Shown: positions 14,691-24,753, numbered from the stretch's first letter. The stretch is 32,000 nt of DNA from Propionibacteriaceae bacterium (GCA_031256725.1 JAIRQE010000021.1:30001-62000); one strand, 5' to 3'. Notes: generated by a model from the sequence alone, not told the origin. A program made the numbers and translations.

Positions 14691-15926
14691 TTACCTCCAA
14701 GTTCCTCGAGTATCAATGATCGCAACATCCTCACGCAACTTTGGCTCTTCAAGGAACTCCTGATGGTCGACTAGGAGTACCACGATGTCGGCTTGGTTGA
14801 GAGCGGTCTCGTAGTCCACCAACTCCACATTGGGCATCTGAGAAAGCGCAGGTGGTAGTTGTGTGATATTGGGTTCGACCGTGAGAATTCTACCAGCAGG
14901 GAATTGGGCAGAGAGACTTTCAACTACTTCCCTTGCTGGGGAACCACGCAGATCGTCGATATTCGGTTTGAAGGCGAGACCAAGAGCAGCAATGGTTGGG
15001 CTTTCATGACCTCCAAGGCTTGCCTTGACCTTGGCGAGTACCCAACCAGGCTTGGAATCGTTGACTTCACGGGAGACTCTGATGAGGCGGGAGTTTTCGG
15101 GGTCAGCGGCCACAATGAACCACGGATCAACCGCAATGCAGTGTCCGCCCACTCCAGGGCCAGGGCTCAAGATATTCACTCGCGGATGATGGTTGGCGAG
15201 TTCGATGACCTCCCAAACATCCATCCCAAGGTTGTCGCAGATCAGGGAGAGTTCGTTGGCGAAAGCGATGTTGACATCCCTGAAAGAGTTCTCAACACAC
15301 TTGGCCATCTCGGCGGTTGTGGCATCGGTCTCATGGATCTCACCTTTGCAAATGATCCCATAGAGTTCCTTGGCGCGCGTCGTGGCTGAAGGGGTTAACC
15401 CTCCAACAATTCGGTCATTGGAAACGAGTTCTTCGAGAACATGTCCTGGGAGTACACGTTCTGGGCAGTGCGCCACATCAACGAGGAGAGTCCCTTGATC
15501 ATCAAGCAAATCTGGTCGAGCTTCTGAGATCCATACACCGACCAGTTCGCTTGTACCAGGAGGCGAAGTCGATTCAAGTATGACCAATGCCCCAGGGAAC
15601 AAGTGGGGGGCTAAGCCCTGTACTGCTGAATGGATGTAACTCAAATCCGCAGTCTTGTCGGGATTAAAGGGGGTCGGAACGGCGATGATTGTTGCATCAG
15701 CCTTCTCAGGAGTCAATGCTGCTGTGAGATGACCATCGGCGACTACGGCTGAAAGGTGTTCGGCGAGCCCAGCCTCGACGAAAGGCGCTTCACCTTTGTT
15801 AATGGAGTCCACGAACTCGGGTTTGATGTCAACACCGAAAACCCGTAAACCGTGTTCAGCGAAGACAATGGCCGTGGGCAAACCGGTATAACCAAGGCCC
15901 ATGACACATAACGTACTCATCGTCAT
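14691..15926 (-). CDS. wecC: UDP-N-acetyl-D-mannosamine dehydrogenase
   Basis: N-terminal LCVMGLGYTGLPTAIVFAEHG (NAD fold), INKGE, and GGHCIAVDPWFI, which matches the WecC/Cap5O signature. The start is chosen at the ATG with GAAGGG 8 nt upstream; the track start GTG 15935 is also possible. Confidence 0.85.
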   Translation of the reverse strand: MTMSTLCVMGLGYTGLPTAIVFAEHGLRVFGVDIKPEFVDSINKGEAPFVEAGLAEHLSAVVADGHLTAALTPEKADATIIAVPTPFNPDKTADLSYIHSAVQGLAPHLFPGALVILESTSPPGTSELVGVWISEARPDLLDDQGTLLVDVAHCPERVLPGHVLEELVSNDRIVGGLTPSATTRAKELYGIICKGEIHETDATTAEMAKCVENSFRDVNIAFANELSLICDNLGMDVWEVIELANHHPRVNILSPGPGVGGHCIAVDPWFIVAADPENSRLIRVSREVNDSKPGWVLAKVKASLGGHESPTIAALGLAFKPNIDDLRGSPAREVVESLSAQFPAGRILTVEPNITQLPPALSQMPNVELVDYETALNQADIVVLLVDHQEFLEEPKLREDVAIIDTRGTWR

Positions 15927-16014
15927 CAGATGCACCCTTCATTGTTTGGCACCACGTCTCCCAAATGAGGAGTTAGGTTACTGATCGCGCCAGTCTATCA
16001 GTACGGGGTTATCT

Positions 16015-17163
16015 CTAGACTGGTGTCCCTACCGCAAGCCATTGGCGAATCGCATCAAGAGTCTGATGGGCGGCCGTACCATCTCCATAGGGATTCTCGG
16101 CATGAGCCATCCGTGCATACTCGCCTGCATCGTGGAGGAGTGCGGTCGCCCTTGTCACAATCAGATCCTCATTGTGACCCACGAGTTCCGCCGTACCCGC
16201 AGCAACCCCTTCTGGTCTTTCGGTGTCTTCACGGAGTACCAACACAGGCTTTCCAAGAGCTGGTCCTTCTTCCTGGAGGCCACCAGAATCGGTGAGAAGG
16301 ATCTTCACACGAGCCATGAGTTTGGCCATTTCGAAGTACCCCAGTGGCTCAGTCAGAATCACATTGGGGAGGTCCTCTAGTACTGGAACGAAAAATTCCC
16401 GGACTGCGGGGTTCGCGTGCATGGGGAAGACGAAATATGTCTCGGGTTCCTGGATGGCGAGGCGGCGAAGAGCCTTGGCAATCTCCCGCATAGGATCACC
16501 CCAGGATTCGCGGCGATGGGAGGTAACCAAAACCAGGGGACGATCCCCTGTGATGAGGGAAGCAATGGTGGGATCGCTTACCTCAATCGGCATATCCACC
16601 GCCAGGCGTAGAGCATCAATGACTGGGTTTCCAGTGATGATGATCTTCTCAGAGGGGATTCCACAAGCCAGGAGGTTGTCCCGATTACCTTCGGTAGCCG
16701 CCAAGTGCAGGGTCGCAATCTGGGAGAGTAGACGCCTGTTGCCTTCCTCGGGGAAGGGGGAGGTGATGGATTCTGTACGAAGACCAGCCTCGACGTGTAC
16801 CACAGGTACCTTCTCGTAGAAGGCTGCCAGGCCAGCCGCCATTGCTGAGGTTGTGTCCCCCTGTACGAATACTGCCGCAGGAGGGTTCTTGTGAAGAAGG
16901 GGGGCCAAGCGGGTCATAGTCTTGCCAGCGATCTCGCTGAGGCTCTGCCCATGGGCAAAGATGTCGAGGTTGGCATCTTCATGGATACCGAAACCAGCGT
17001 TGATGGGGGCAACCATATCTGGGTGTTGTCCGGTGAGAACAACGGAACAGTTCATGTCCTCAGCTTCACGGAAAGCACGGATCAGGGGAGCACATTTGAT
17101 GGCTTCCGGACGCGTACCATAGACAACCATCATGGTTGGGTGGTTGTTGTGTGTCGTAGTCAT
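16015..17163 (-). CDS. wecB: UDP-N-acetylglucosamine 2-epimerase (non-hydrolysing)
   Basis: MMVVYGTRPEAIKCAPLI, HVEAGLRT, PFPEEGNRRL and LTDSGGLQEEGPALGKPVLVLREDTERPEG are canonical WecB/MnaA motifs. Confidence 0.9.
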   Translation of the reverse strand: MTTTHNNHPTMMVVYGTRPEAIKCAPLIRAFREAEDMNCSVVLTGQHPDMVAPINAGFGIHEDANLDIFAHGQSLSEIAGKTMTRLAPLLHKNPPAAVFVQGDTTSAMAAGLAAFYEKVPVVHVEAGLRTESITSPFPEEGNRRLLSQIATLHLAATEGNRDNLLACGIPSEKIIITGNPVIDALRLAVDMPIEVSDPTIASLITGDRPLVLVTSHRRESWGDPMREIAKALRRLAIQEPETYFVFPMHANPAVREFFVPVLEDLPNVILTEPLGYFEMAKLMARVKILLTDSGGLQEEGPALGKPVLVLREDTERPEGVAAGTAELVGHNEDLIVTRATALLHDAGEYARMAHAENPYGDGTAAHQTLDAIRQWLAVGTPV

Positions 17164-17169
17164 AGTGGC

Positions 17170-17940
17170 TCAACTAGAAGAGTCTTTAGAGTAATATTCG
17201 ATACCCTCATCAATGGGTCCATCGAATAGGAGTCTACCGTGGTCAATCACAATGGCACGCTTGCAGAACTTGGCTGCCTGATCAAGAGAGTGGGTCACGA
17301 AAAGCATGGTCACATTGTCGCCATTGATGATGTCCTGCATACGAGCCAGACTCTTGGCTGAGAAGCGACGGTCACCCACTGCGAGAACCTCATCAAGGAT
17401 CAGGATGTCAGGCTTGAGCGAAGAGGCGAACGCGAAACCTAGACGGGTACGCATCCCCGTGGAGTAGGTACGCATAGGCTGATCGATGTACTGCCCAACC
17501 TCAGCAAAATCCAGGATCTCGGGCATGATCTCATTGATCTCTGAGGTTGAAAGCCCCCAGAGGTGGCCCCTCAGAATAAGGTTCTCACGACCCGTGAGGA
17601 GTTGGTCGAAGCCGACGGAGAGATCCAGCAACGCGGAGATCCTGCCGTGTACCTCAACTGTTCCAGAGTTGGGGGTACATACCCCTGTGGTGATCTTGAG
17701 GGCCGTACTCTTTCCTGCTCCATTGGAACCCAGGAATGCGACCGATTCCCCACGTTTGATCGTGAAGCTCAAGTCGTTGTTGGCCTCAACTTTTTCGTAC
17801 TTGGTCTTTGGCCACACCGCAGAGAGCAGACGCTGACGATCCGACTTGTAGAGGCGGTAGGTCTTGGTGACATGGGCGAATCTGACCGCAATCGGATTCG
17901 TGGAGTCATTGGTCTGGATGATGGTTGCCTTAGAGGACAT
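17170..17940 (-). CDS. Polysaccharide/teichoic-acid export ABC transporter, ATP-binding protein (TagH/TarH/Wzt-like, short form)
   Basis: Walker A GSNGAGKST, signature YSTGM, Walker B ILILDEVLAVGD and an H-loop (THS). 11-nt overlap with the permease gene. Confidence 0.85.
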   Translation of the reverse strand: MSSKATIIQTNDSTNPIAVRFAHVTKTYRLYKSDRQRLLSAVWPKTKYEKVEANNDLSFTIKRGESVAFLGSNGAGKSTALKITTGVCTPNSGTVEVHGRISALLDLSVGFDQLLTGRENLILRGHLWGLSTSEINEIMPEILDFAEVGQYIDQPMRTYSTGMRTRLGFAFASSLKPDILILDEVLAVGDRRFSAKSLARMQDIINGDNVTMLFVTHSLDQAAKFCKRAIVIDHGRLLFDGPIDEGIEYYSKDSSS

Positions 17941-18739
17941 CGGGTACCTCCGGACCTAGACGATGTTGAACACTGACAGCGAGGATGAACATGACCAGGA
18001 ACACACCTAGGAAGGGGAGCAGAAGTTGGGGTTTGTCCCAGACCCAGTAGGTGTCACACAGGGATGCTCGGAAGCTGGTTACAAAGAATGTGATCGGGTT
18101 GAAAGCCATGACGACTTGAAGCCATGTGATTTCAATATTTCCGACATCGAAAATAATACCCGAGAGCCAGAAGAGTGGGGTGGCTAGGGCTTTGATCAGG
18201 TTGTGGAAGTCTCGACTGATGGCGGACAGGGGCGATGTCAGCATCGACCAGACCACCCAAAAGAAGTACATCAGTATTGCCAAAACCGGAAGTTGTAGAG
18301 CATAAATCGTGAAAGGAACCTTACTGAGAATGATCACAATAAAAACCACGATCTGCGAGATCAGGAAGATAAGGAACTCGGCTACCCCGAAGAAGCTGGA
18401 GATCACTGGAATGGGGAAGCGCATCCGGTTCACGAGGAAGCTGTAGCGAGTGTATACATTCGAGCCTGTGGTCAACATACTCGACATGAAGAACCATGGA
18501 ACAAGGCCCACCGTCAGCCATACGATAAAAGGTATCTCGTCAGCCGAGCTTGCCTCTTTTAGTCCAAGCTTGAGAGCGAACCAAAAGACGAAAACATAGA
18601 CAGAAGGGGTGACAATCAACCAGATCCATCCGAGCGCGGCCCCACGGATCTGCTTCTGGAGTTCGGTCACCGCAAGTCGCAAGATTTGCGAACGCCAAAC
18701 CCAGTTATCACGGAAGATTCCCCGAAATGTTTGAATCAT
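17930..18739 (-). CDS. ABC-2 type polysaccharide/teichoic-acid export permease (TagG-like)
   Basis: 269 aa with about six hydrophobic helices. The N-terminus (WRSQILRLAVTELQKQIRGAALGWIWLIVTP) is typical of ABC-2/TagG permeases. It is the first gene of the long minus-strand locus. Confidence 0.8.
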   Translation of the reverse strand: MIQTFRGIFRDNWVWRSQILRLAVTELQKQIRGAALGWIWLIVTPSVYVFVFWFALKLGLKEASSADEIPFIVWLTVGLVPWFFMSSMLTTGSNVYTRYSFLVNRMRFPIPVISSFFGVAEFLIFLISQIVVFIVIILSKVPFTIYALQLPVLAILMYFFWVVWSMLTSPLSAISRDFHNLIKALATPLFWLSGIIFDVGNIEITWLQVVMAFNPITFFVTSFRASLCDTYWVWDKPQLLLPFLGVFLVMFILAVSVQHRLGPEVPDVL

Positions 18740-19077
18740 TCACAACCTGATTTCTGGTCCCAGCCCAATGTGTGTATGTGTGCTCACAGCACCACCGGAG
18801 TTTACCATGCCCAGGAATGGGATGATCAAGTGGCATTCGTAACCGTACACAACTCAAACATGAAAACGATGCTCGTCGCGGCGCTCTCATGGTATGGGCT
18901 TGGGGGTGTAGGGACGTACGTCTCAGGTAGCTGATCGTCTCAGATCGGCCAAATTGGGCCAAATTCAGCCTAGAGCCTGTGGATACCGCGCGCTTTTCCG
19001 GAAAATCCAGATGACATAGGATAGAATAGACAGGTTGGCTAGGGAGCGAAATCCTTCCCCGAACCCCAAGGAGACAG

Positions 19078-21135
19078 ATGGCTACCGATTCTGAGCCCAT
19101 TGACCCGGAGGACACCCCACAGGAGTCACCTGAGGACATTCTCGACTCAATCCAGCTGAGTACAGACCAAATCACGACCAAGGTTGACCAGGGCGTCTAC
19201 GACGCTGATGCGATCACCGTGCTTGAAGGTCTTGAGGCGGTACGAGTCCGCCCAGCTATGTACATTGGATCCACAGGGGAACGCGGACTCCACCACTTGG
19301 TCTACGAGATCGTTGATAATGCTGTGGATGAGGCACTGGCTGGGTACTGCGACACCATTGATGTAAGGATCCTCCCCAAGGGTGGTATCCGTGTCACCGA
19401 TAATGGTCGAGGAATCCCAGTCTCCGAGCATCCCACTGAGCATGTCTCAGCCCTGACGGTGGCGCTGACCAAACTCCATGCTGGCGGTAAGTTCTCAGGT
19501 TCAGGCTATAAGGTCTCCGGTGGTCTTCATGGCGTGGGTGTCTCCGTCGTGAACGCCCTTTCATCGACGATGATCGCCACAGTACGACGTGACGGGTACA
19601 CCTGGCGTCAGACCTTCACCCTCGGTGACCCTGATGCGCCCTTGGAGCGTCTCGAACCCACCGACGACGAGGGTACGACCATCGAGTTCTACGCCTCTCC
19701 CGAGATTTTCGAAACCACAACCTATTCCTTTGAGACACTGGCGACCCGTTTCCGTGAGATGGCCTTCCTCAACAAGGGTCTCACCATCTCCATCACTGAT
19801 GAACGCCAGGACCACCTCGACGAGAATGGTACCCAGGTAGCCACGATTTTCAAGTACGACAGAGGCCTGATCGACTATGTGAAATACCTCATCGGCTCCA
19901 AGGATCTGATTCACCCAACGATCATCGACATGGAAGCCCAAAACGTCGAGTCGAATATGAGTCTCGAAATGGCGATGCAGTGGACGACGGGTTACGCCGA
20001 ATCGGTCCACACTTTCGCTAATACGATCAACACCCATGAGGGTGGTACCCATGAAGAGGGTTTCCGCGCTGCCCTGACGAACACAGTCAACAAGTGGGGT
20101 GAAACCTGGGGGTTGATCAAGAAGCGTGAGGATCGAGTCTCTGGTGATGACATCCGTGAGGGCTTGACCGCGATCCTGTCGATCAAGATCTCCCAACCCC
20201 AGTTCGAGGGCCAGACCAAAGCCAAGTTGGGGAATACCGAGGCGCGATCCTTTGTACAAAAGGTCGTTAATGATCGACTCAGCGACTGGTTTGAGCAGAA
20301 CCCCAATGAGGGACGCGATATAGTACGCAAGGCTCAGGCTGCTGCCTCAGCGCGACTGGCTGCCCGCAAGGCCCGTGACCTTGCTCGTTCACGCAAGGGG
20401 CTGCTTGGCGGTGGATCCCTTCCAGGAAAGCTCGCGGATTGTCAGTCGAATCGCCCTGAAGAATGTGAGGTTTTCATCGTCGAGGGTGATTCCGCTGGTG
20501 GCTCGGCTAAGAGTGGGCGTGATCCGAAGATCCAGGCCATCTTGCCCCTGCGTGGAAAGATCCTCAATATCGAGAAGGCGACCATGGAGAAGATCCTCCA
20601 AAATCGCGAGGTTGAGGCCATCATCAACGCTCTTGGTACTGGTGTTCACCAGGAGTTTGATCCTGAACGGTTGAGGTACCACAAGATCGTACTCATGGCT
20701 GACGCTGACGTGGATGGCGCCCATATTCGTACATTGATTCTTACCCTGTTGTTCCGGTTCATGAAGCCACTGATTGATGCTGGGCATGTGTACCTAGCGC
20801 AACCACCGTTGTACCGAATTCGTTGGACGAACTCTCCCCATGAGCTCGCCTACACCGATGAAGAGCGCGACAAGATCCGGGATCGTGGACTCAGCAACGG
20901 TAAGAAACTACCGCAGATCAACCCCATCCAGCGTTACAAGGGCTTGGGTGAAATGGATGCTTCCGATCTGTGGGAGACCACCATGGATCCTGAGAGGCGT
21001 ACCCTGCTTCAGATCACATTGGATGACGCGGCTGCGGCCTCCGATATGTTCTCAATCCTCATGGGTGAAGACGTTGATCAGCGTCGAGCATTCATTCAGC
21101 GTAATGCTAAAGACGTACGATTCCTCGACATCTGA
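19078..21135 (+). CDS. gyrB: DNA gyrase subunit B
   Basis: [32 protein letters not shown], the GHKL ATPase fold, Toprim [15 protein letters not shown], and [18 protein letters not shown] lies 5 nt upstream of the ATG. Confidence 0.97.
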   Translation: MATDSEPIDPEDTPQESPEDILDSIQLSTDQITTKVDQGVYDADAITVLEGLEAVRVRPAMYIGSTGERGLHHLVYEIVDNAVDEALAGYCDTIDVRILPKGGIRVTDNGRGIPVSEHPTEHVSALTVALTKLHAGGKFSGSGYKVSGGLHGVGVSVVNALSSTMIATVRRDGYTWRQTFTLGDPDAPLERLEPTDDEGTTIEFYASPEIFETTTYSFETLATRFREMAFLNKGLTISITDERQDHLDENGTQVATIFKYDRGLIDYVKYLIGSKDLIHPTIIDMEAQNVESNMSLEMAMQWTTGYAESVHTFANTINTHEGGTHEEGFRAALTNTVNKWGETWGLIKKREDRVSGDDIREGLTAILSIKISQPQFEGQTKAKLGNTEARSFVQKVVNDRLSDWFEQNPNEGRDIVRKAQAAASARLAARKARDLARSRKGLLGGGSLPGKLADCQSNRPEECEVFIVEGDSAGGSAKSGRDPKIQAILPLRGKILNIEKATMEKILQNREVEAIINALGTGVHQEFDPERLRYHKIVLMADADVDGAHIRTLILTLLFRFMKPLIDAGHVYLAQPPLYRIRWTNSPHELAYTDEERDKIRDRGLSNGKKLPQINPIQRYKGLGEMDASDLWETTMDPERRTLLQITLDDAAAASDMFSILMGEDVDQRRAFIQRNAKDVRFLDI

Positions 21136-21180
21136 TACTGCATCTGATACCCGATACCTGCCTAGAAAGAAGTATGAACC

Positions 21181-23862
21181 ATGGCTGATGATCCTATGGA
21201 TCTTGAGAACACAGAGGTGGAACCCGAGGTTGAAGACCAAGGGCTGTCTGCAAGTGGCCTGACGGGAAAGACGGAGGCCATCGATCTCAACACTGAGATC
21301 CAGAGATCTTACCTCGACTATGCGATGTCGGTGATTGTGGGTCGCGCTCTTCCAGATATACGCGATGGACTTAAGCCTGTACACCGCCGCGTGATCTATG
21401 CCATGTACGACGGTGGCTACCGTCCCGATCGTGGATGGCACAAGTGCTCTCGTGTCGTTGGTGAGGTCATGGGTAGCTACCACCCCCACGGCGACTCTGC
21501 AATCTATGACACCTTGGTACGTTTGGCTCAGCCTTGGGCTTTGCGGTACCCACTGGTTGCTGGTCAGGGTAACTTCGGTTCCCCAGGTAACGACCGCGCG
21601 GCTGCGATGAGGTACACCGAATGCAAGATGGCTCCACTCGCAATGGAGATGGTTCGCGATATTACAGAGGACACGGTCGACTTCCAACCGAACTACGACA
21701 ACCGTGAAACTGAGCCCACGGTACTTCCATCACGGTTCCCGAATCTGCTTGTCAACGGTAGTACGGGCATCGCTGTGGGTATGGCCACCAACATTCCTAC
21801 CCATAATCTGCGTGAAGTCAACGATGCTGTTCAGTGGTACCTCCAAAACCCTGATGCCTCCACTGAGGAACTTCTTGAGGCGGCCATGGCTCGGATCAAG
21901 GGTCCAGACTTCCCTGGCGCAGGTCTGATTGTGGGCCGCAAGGGCATCGAAGACGCATATCGTACGGGCCGAGGCCTGGTCACCATGCGTGCAGTCATGG
22001 AGATCGAGGAGGAGCGTGGCCACACGAACCTCGTCATCACTGAGTTGCCGTACATGTGCAACCCCGACAACCTGGCTGTCAAGGTCGCTGAACTAGTGAA
22101 CTCTGGGAAACTCACGGGTATCGCCGATATTCGCGACGACACTTCTGCGCGTACAGGACAGCGTCTCGTTATCCAACTCAAGCGTGATGCACAGCCTCGC
22201 GTGGTGATGAACAACCTCTATAAGCACACTCCCCTCCAAGATACCTTCGGCTGCAATATGCTCGCCCTGGTTGATGCTGTGCCGCGTACTCTTCGTCTAG
22301 ATCAGTTCATCTCCTATTGGGTGAAGCATCAAATCGACGTGATCCAGCGTCGTACCCGTTTCCGTATCGCCCAGGCCGAACGCAATGCCCACTTGTGGCG
22401 CGGATATGTCGCAGCCCTCGACCAACTGGATGCTGTCATTGCACTCATCCGTGGATCCCGTGACGCTGAGATCGCCAAGCAGGGGCTTATGGATCTTCTC
22501 ACCTACGAGGATCCCTCAACGGGTAAGGAACGCCACATTGATGAAGATCAGGCGACTGCCATCCTCGATCTGCAATGGCGTCGACTTGCAGCCATGGAAC
22601 GCCAGCGGATCGTTGATCGTCTCGCCGAATTGGAGCGTGTGATCGCAGACCTTCGCGAGATCCTGGCATCCCCTGAGCGTCAACGTCAGATCATTAGTAC
22701 AGAGCTCCAAGAGATCGTCGACAAGTACGGCGATGAGCGACGTACCAGGATCATTTCTGCAGACGGTGACCTCTCTGATGAGGATCTCATTGCCCGTGAA
22801 GATGTTGTGGTGACCATCACCCATGGTGGGTATGCCAAGCGTACGAAAGCCGATATGTACAGGCTCCAAAAGCGCGGAGGCAAGGGTGTGAAGGGTGCAA
22901 CCCTGCGCGCTGATGACGAGGTTGCACACCTGTTCGCCACGAATTCCCATGAATGGTTGCTCTTCTTCACCACCAAGGGTCGGGTGTACCGTACTCGTGT
23001 ATGGCAACTGCCTGAAGGTGGACGCGAGGCCAAGGGTGGTCACGTAGCGGGGCTGTTGAGCTTCGCTCCCGATGAGAAGATCGCCCAAGTCTTGACTCTG
23101 GGAGCCTACACTGATGCACAATACCTCTTGCTTGCCACTCGTAAGGGTTTGGTGAAGAAGACAGATCTGGGCCAGTACGACTCCTCCCGACAGACGGGGT
23201 TGATCGCAGTCAACTTCCGCGACGAGGATGATGAACTTATTGGAGCGGCTCTTTGTAATGCGGTCGATGATGTCCTGTTGATCTCGGTCAAGGGCCAGGC
23301 GATTCGATTCAAGGCCAGTGATGAACAACTGCGACCTATGGGTCGAGCCACCTCGGGTGTGACTGGTATGCGTTTCCGTGGGGACGATGCACTGCTTTCA
23401 ATGGCGGTCATCCCCTGTGGTACAGGTGAGGAGGATCGATTCGTGTTCACTGTCACCGATGGTGGATTTGCCAAACGTACCACTGTGTCGGAGTACCGCG
23501 AACAGGGTCGAGGAGGTCTAGGAATCAAGGCTATGAAACTCAATGAGGATCGCGGCCAACTCGTCGGTGGACTCATCGTTGGGGAGAATGACGAGGTTAT
23601 CGCCATCAAGACCTCAGGCCAGATCATCCGTTCATCCGTGGCTGATGTCGCCGTCAAAGGCCGGGATACCATGGGTGTGAAATTCGTGGGGCTCCGTGGG
23701 GAAGACCAGGTTGCTGCCATCGCGCTCTATCCCGAATCGGGGGAGGAAACCGAGGATAATGGGATCGAGAATCCCAGCCAAGAGGACCAAGAATCCCCTG
23801 AGGAAACTCCCAGTGAAGGAACTGAAAGAGACGACATAGGGGTTAATCGGGTAGAGTCATGA
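21181..23862 (+). CDS. gyrA: DNA gyrase subunit A
   Basis: DGLKPVHRR, the [29 protein letters not shown] (active-site Tyr), and the GyrA-box [10 protein letters not shown], which distinguishes gyrase from topoisomerase IV. Acidic C-terminal tail. Confidence 0.97.
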   Translation: MADDPMDLENTEVEPEVEDQGLSASGLTGKTEAIDLNTEIQRSYLDYAMSVIVGRALPDIRDGLKPVHRRVIYAMYDGGYRPDRGWHKCSRVVGEVMGSYHPHGDSAIYDTLVRLAQPWALRYPLVAGQGNFGSPGNDRAAAMRYTECKMAPLAMEMVRDITEDTVDFQPNYDNRETEPTVLPSRFPNLLVNGSTGIAVGMATNIPTHNLREVNDAVQWYLQNPDASTEELLEAAMARIKGPDFPGAGLIVGRKGIEDAYRTGRGLVTMRAVMEIEEERGHTNLVITELPYMCNPDNLAVKVAELVNSGKLTGIADIRDDTSARTGQRLVIQLKRDAQPRVVMNNLYKHTPLQDTFGCNMLALVDAVPRTLRLDQFISYWVKHQIDVIQRRTRFRIAQAERNAHLWRGYVAALDQLDAVIALIRGSRDAEIAKQGLMDLLTYEDPSTGKERHIDEDQATAILDLQWRRLAAMERQRIVDRLAELERVIADLREILASPERQRQIISTELQEIVDKYGDERRTRIISADGDLSDEDLIAREDVVVTITHGGYAKRTKADMYRLQKRGGKGVKGATLRADDEVAHLFATNSHEWLLFFTTKGRVYRTRVWQLPEGGREAKGGHVAGLLSFAPDEKIAQVLTLGAYTDAQYLLLATRKGLVKKTDLGQYDSSRQTGLIAVNFRDEDDELIGAALCNAVDDVLLISVKGQAIRFKASDEQLRPMGRATSGVTGMRFRGDDALLSMAVIPCGTGEEDRFVFTVTDGGFAKRTTVSEYREQGRGGLGIKAMKLNEDRGQLVGGLIVGENDEVIAIKTSGQIIRSSVADVAVKGRDTMGVKFVGLRGEDQVAAIALYPESGEETEDNGIENPSQEDQESPEETPSEGTERDDIGVNRVES

Positions 23863-23865
23863 TGA

Positions 23866-23905
23866 GCGGATCAATGAACGCAAGTTCTGTCTTGCATTGA
23901 TTCGC
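23866..23905 (+). other. Imperfect 15-16-bp hairpin immediately after the gyrA stop (possible terminator, attenuator or mRNA-stabilising stem-loop)
   Basis: GCGGATCAATG-AAC-GCAAG / TTCTGT loop / CTTGC-ATTGATTCGC. There is one 3-nt bulge and one G-U pair. No clean U-tract follows, so terminator function is uncertain. Confidence 0.3.
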
Positions 23906-23964
23906 GCAGAGTTTCTCTGAAAACGACCGATTGTGCAACTGTCAATTCAGAAATAGGAGTAGTG

Positions 23965-24681
23965 ATGACTGAAAGTGAGCAGACGGGTTTGGCGGGTTCG
24001 TCCCCTGAACCAACGTCTGAATCCGGGGGGGTCGGCCAGTCGATCACGCAGAGTTTTGTCAACCGCGCAAACAGGCTGAGTAGCGATCCTGAACTCCCGC
24101 TTGACTTGGGGCTGTCCTCGCCTGGATCTGCATCCAACCCACATTCACCTTTAACAAACCCTGACCCCAATCCAGAGAGGATACCTGACATGGCCCCCCC
24201 TACCCTGACGCCCCAGCCGAATCCAACGGCAAAGGTAGCCAAGGGTGAGGTGCATAAGGCATCCCGTCTGCCCAAAGCAAAGACACCACCGCGTCCCAAG
24301 TCTGCTCGTCAAACACGACGTGCGCGCTTGCGGGTATCCCGTGTCGATCCTTGGTCAGTGATGAAAACAGCTCTGCTTTTCGGTGTCGCTGGTTGGATCA
24401 TCTTCATTGTTGCCACCTGGATCGTGTTCACGGTACTCGACATGACCGGTCTTTATGGTGCAATCAACGACACTGTCGCTCAGGTGTTTGCATCCCCAGA
24501 CACTGTTGATCAGTTCCAGGTTGAGACCTACATCAACACCACAAGGGCTACAGCACTCGCTGCCCTCGTTGGTGCCGTAAACGTCGTCATCATCACCGCC
24601 CTGACCACCATCTTTGCCTTCGTGTACAACCTGACTGCAGTAGTCATGGGTGGCATCGAAGTCACCATGGCCGAGGACTAA
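23965..24681 (+). CDS. DUF3566-type conserved actinobacterial membrane protein (Rv0007-like) with a Pro-rich disordered N-terminus
   Basis: C-terminal RLRVSRVDPWSVMKTALLFGVAGWIIFIVATW...GGIEVTMAE matches the DUF3566 pattern. The position directly after gyrA is the conserved actinobacterial synteny. ATG 23965 is preferred (GGAG 5 nt upstream) over GTG 23962. Confidence 0.8.
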   Translation: MTESEQTGLAGSSPEPTSESGGVGQSITQSFVNRANRLSSDPELPLDLGLSSPGSASNPHSPLTNPDPNPERIPDMAPPTLTPQPNPTAKVAKGEVHKASRLPKAKTPPRPKSARQTRRARLRVSRVDPWSVMKTALLFGVAGWIIFIVATWIVFTVLDMTGLYGAINDTVAQVFASPDTVDQFQVETYINTTRATALAALVGAVNVVIITALTTIFAFVYNLTAVVMGGIEVTMAED

Positions 24682-24753
24682 TCCCCGAATCTTGTAGGAG
24701 CTTGTCGGGTGACATACGAAGCAGGGTAGTTCATTCCTGAATGGGATATAGTA

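Noticed and set aside
18947-18965. GGCCAAATT x2 tandem repeat and nearby GATC-containing sequence upstream of gyrB, considered as DnaA boxes or an origin-related or operator element
   Set aside because: It does not resemble the actinobacterial DnaA box (TTGTCCACA-like). Two 9-mers are not enough to claim a site.
18708-19181. 157-aa minus-strand ORF spanning the tagG-like/gyrB intergenic region and the gyrB 5' end
   Set aside because: It overlaps the gyrB start and the permease 5' end. It is Ser/Arg-rich with no motif, so it is most likely a chance ORF in the divergent promoter region.
19078-19185. Acidic ~35-aa N-terminal extension of GyrB and the acidic C-terminal tail of GyrA as unusual features
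   Set aside because: Variable N-terminal extensions of GyrB and acidic GyrA tails are common. The annotated ATG has a good SD. Nothing here indicates novelty.
21131-21154. Short 12-nt repeat TCTGATAC(TGCA/CCGA) x2 in the gyrB-gyrA spacer
   Set aside because: It is very short, partly within the gyrB stop region, and has no known function. It is likely coincidental.
23871-24299. 142-aa minus-strand ORF opposite the DUF3566 gene
   Set aside because: It is antisense to the Pro-rich N-terminus of the conserved DUF3566 protein. The gyrA-DUF3566 synteny supports the plus-strand gene.
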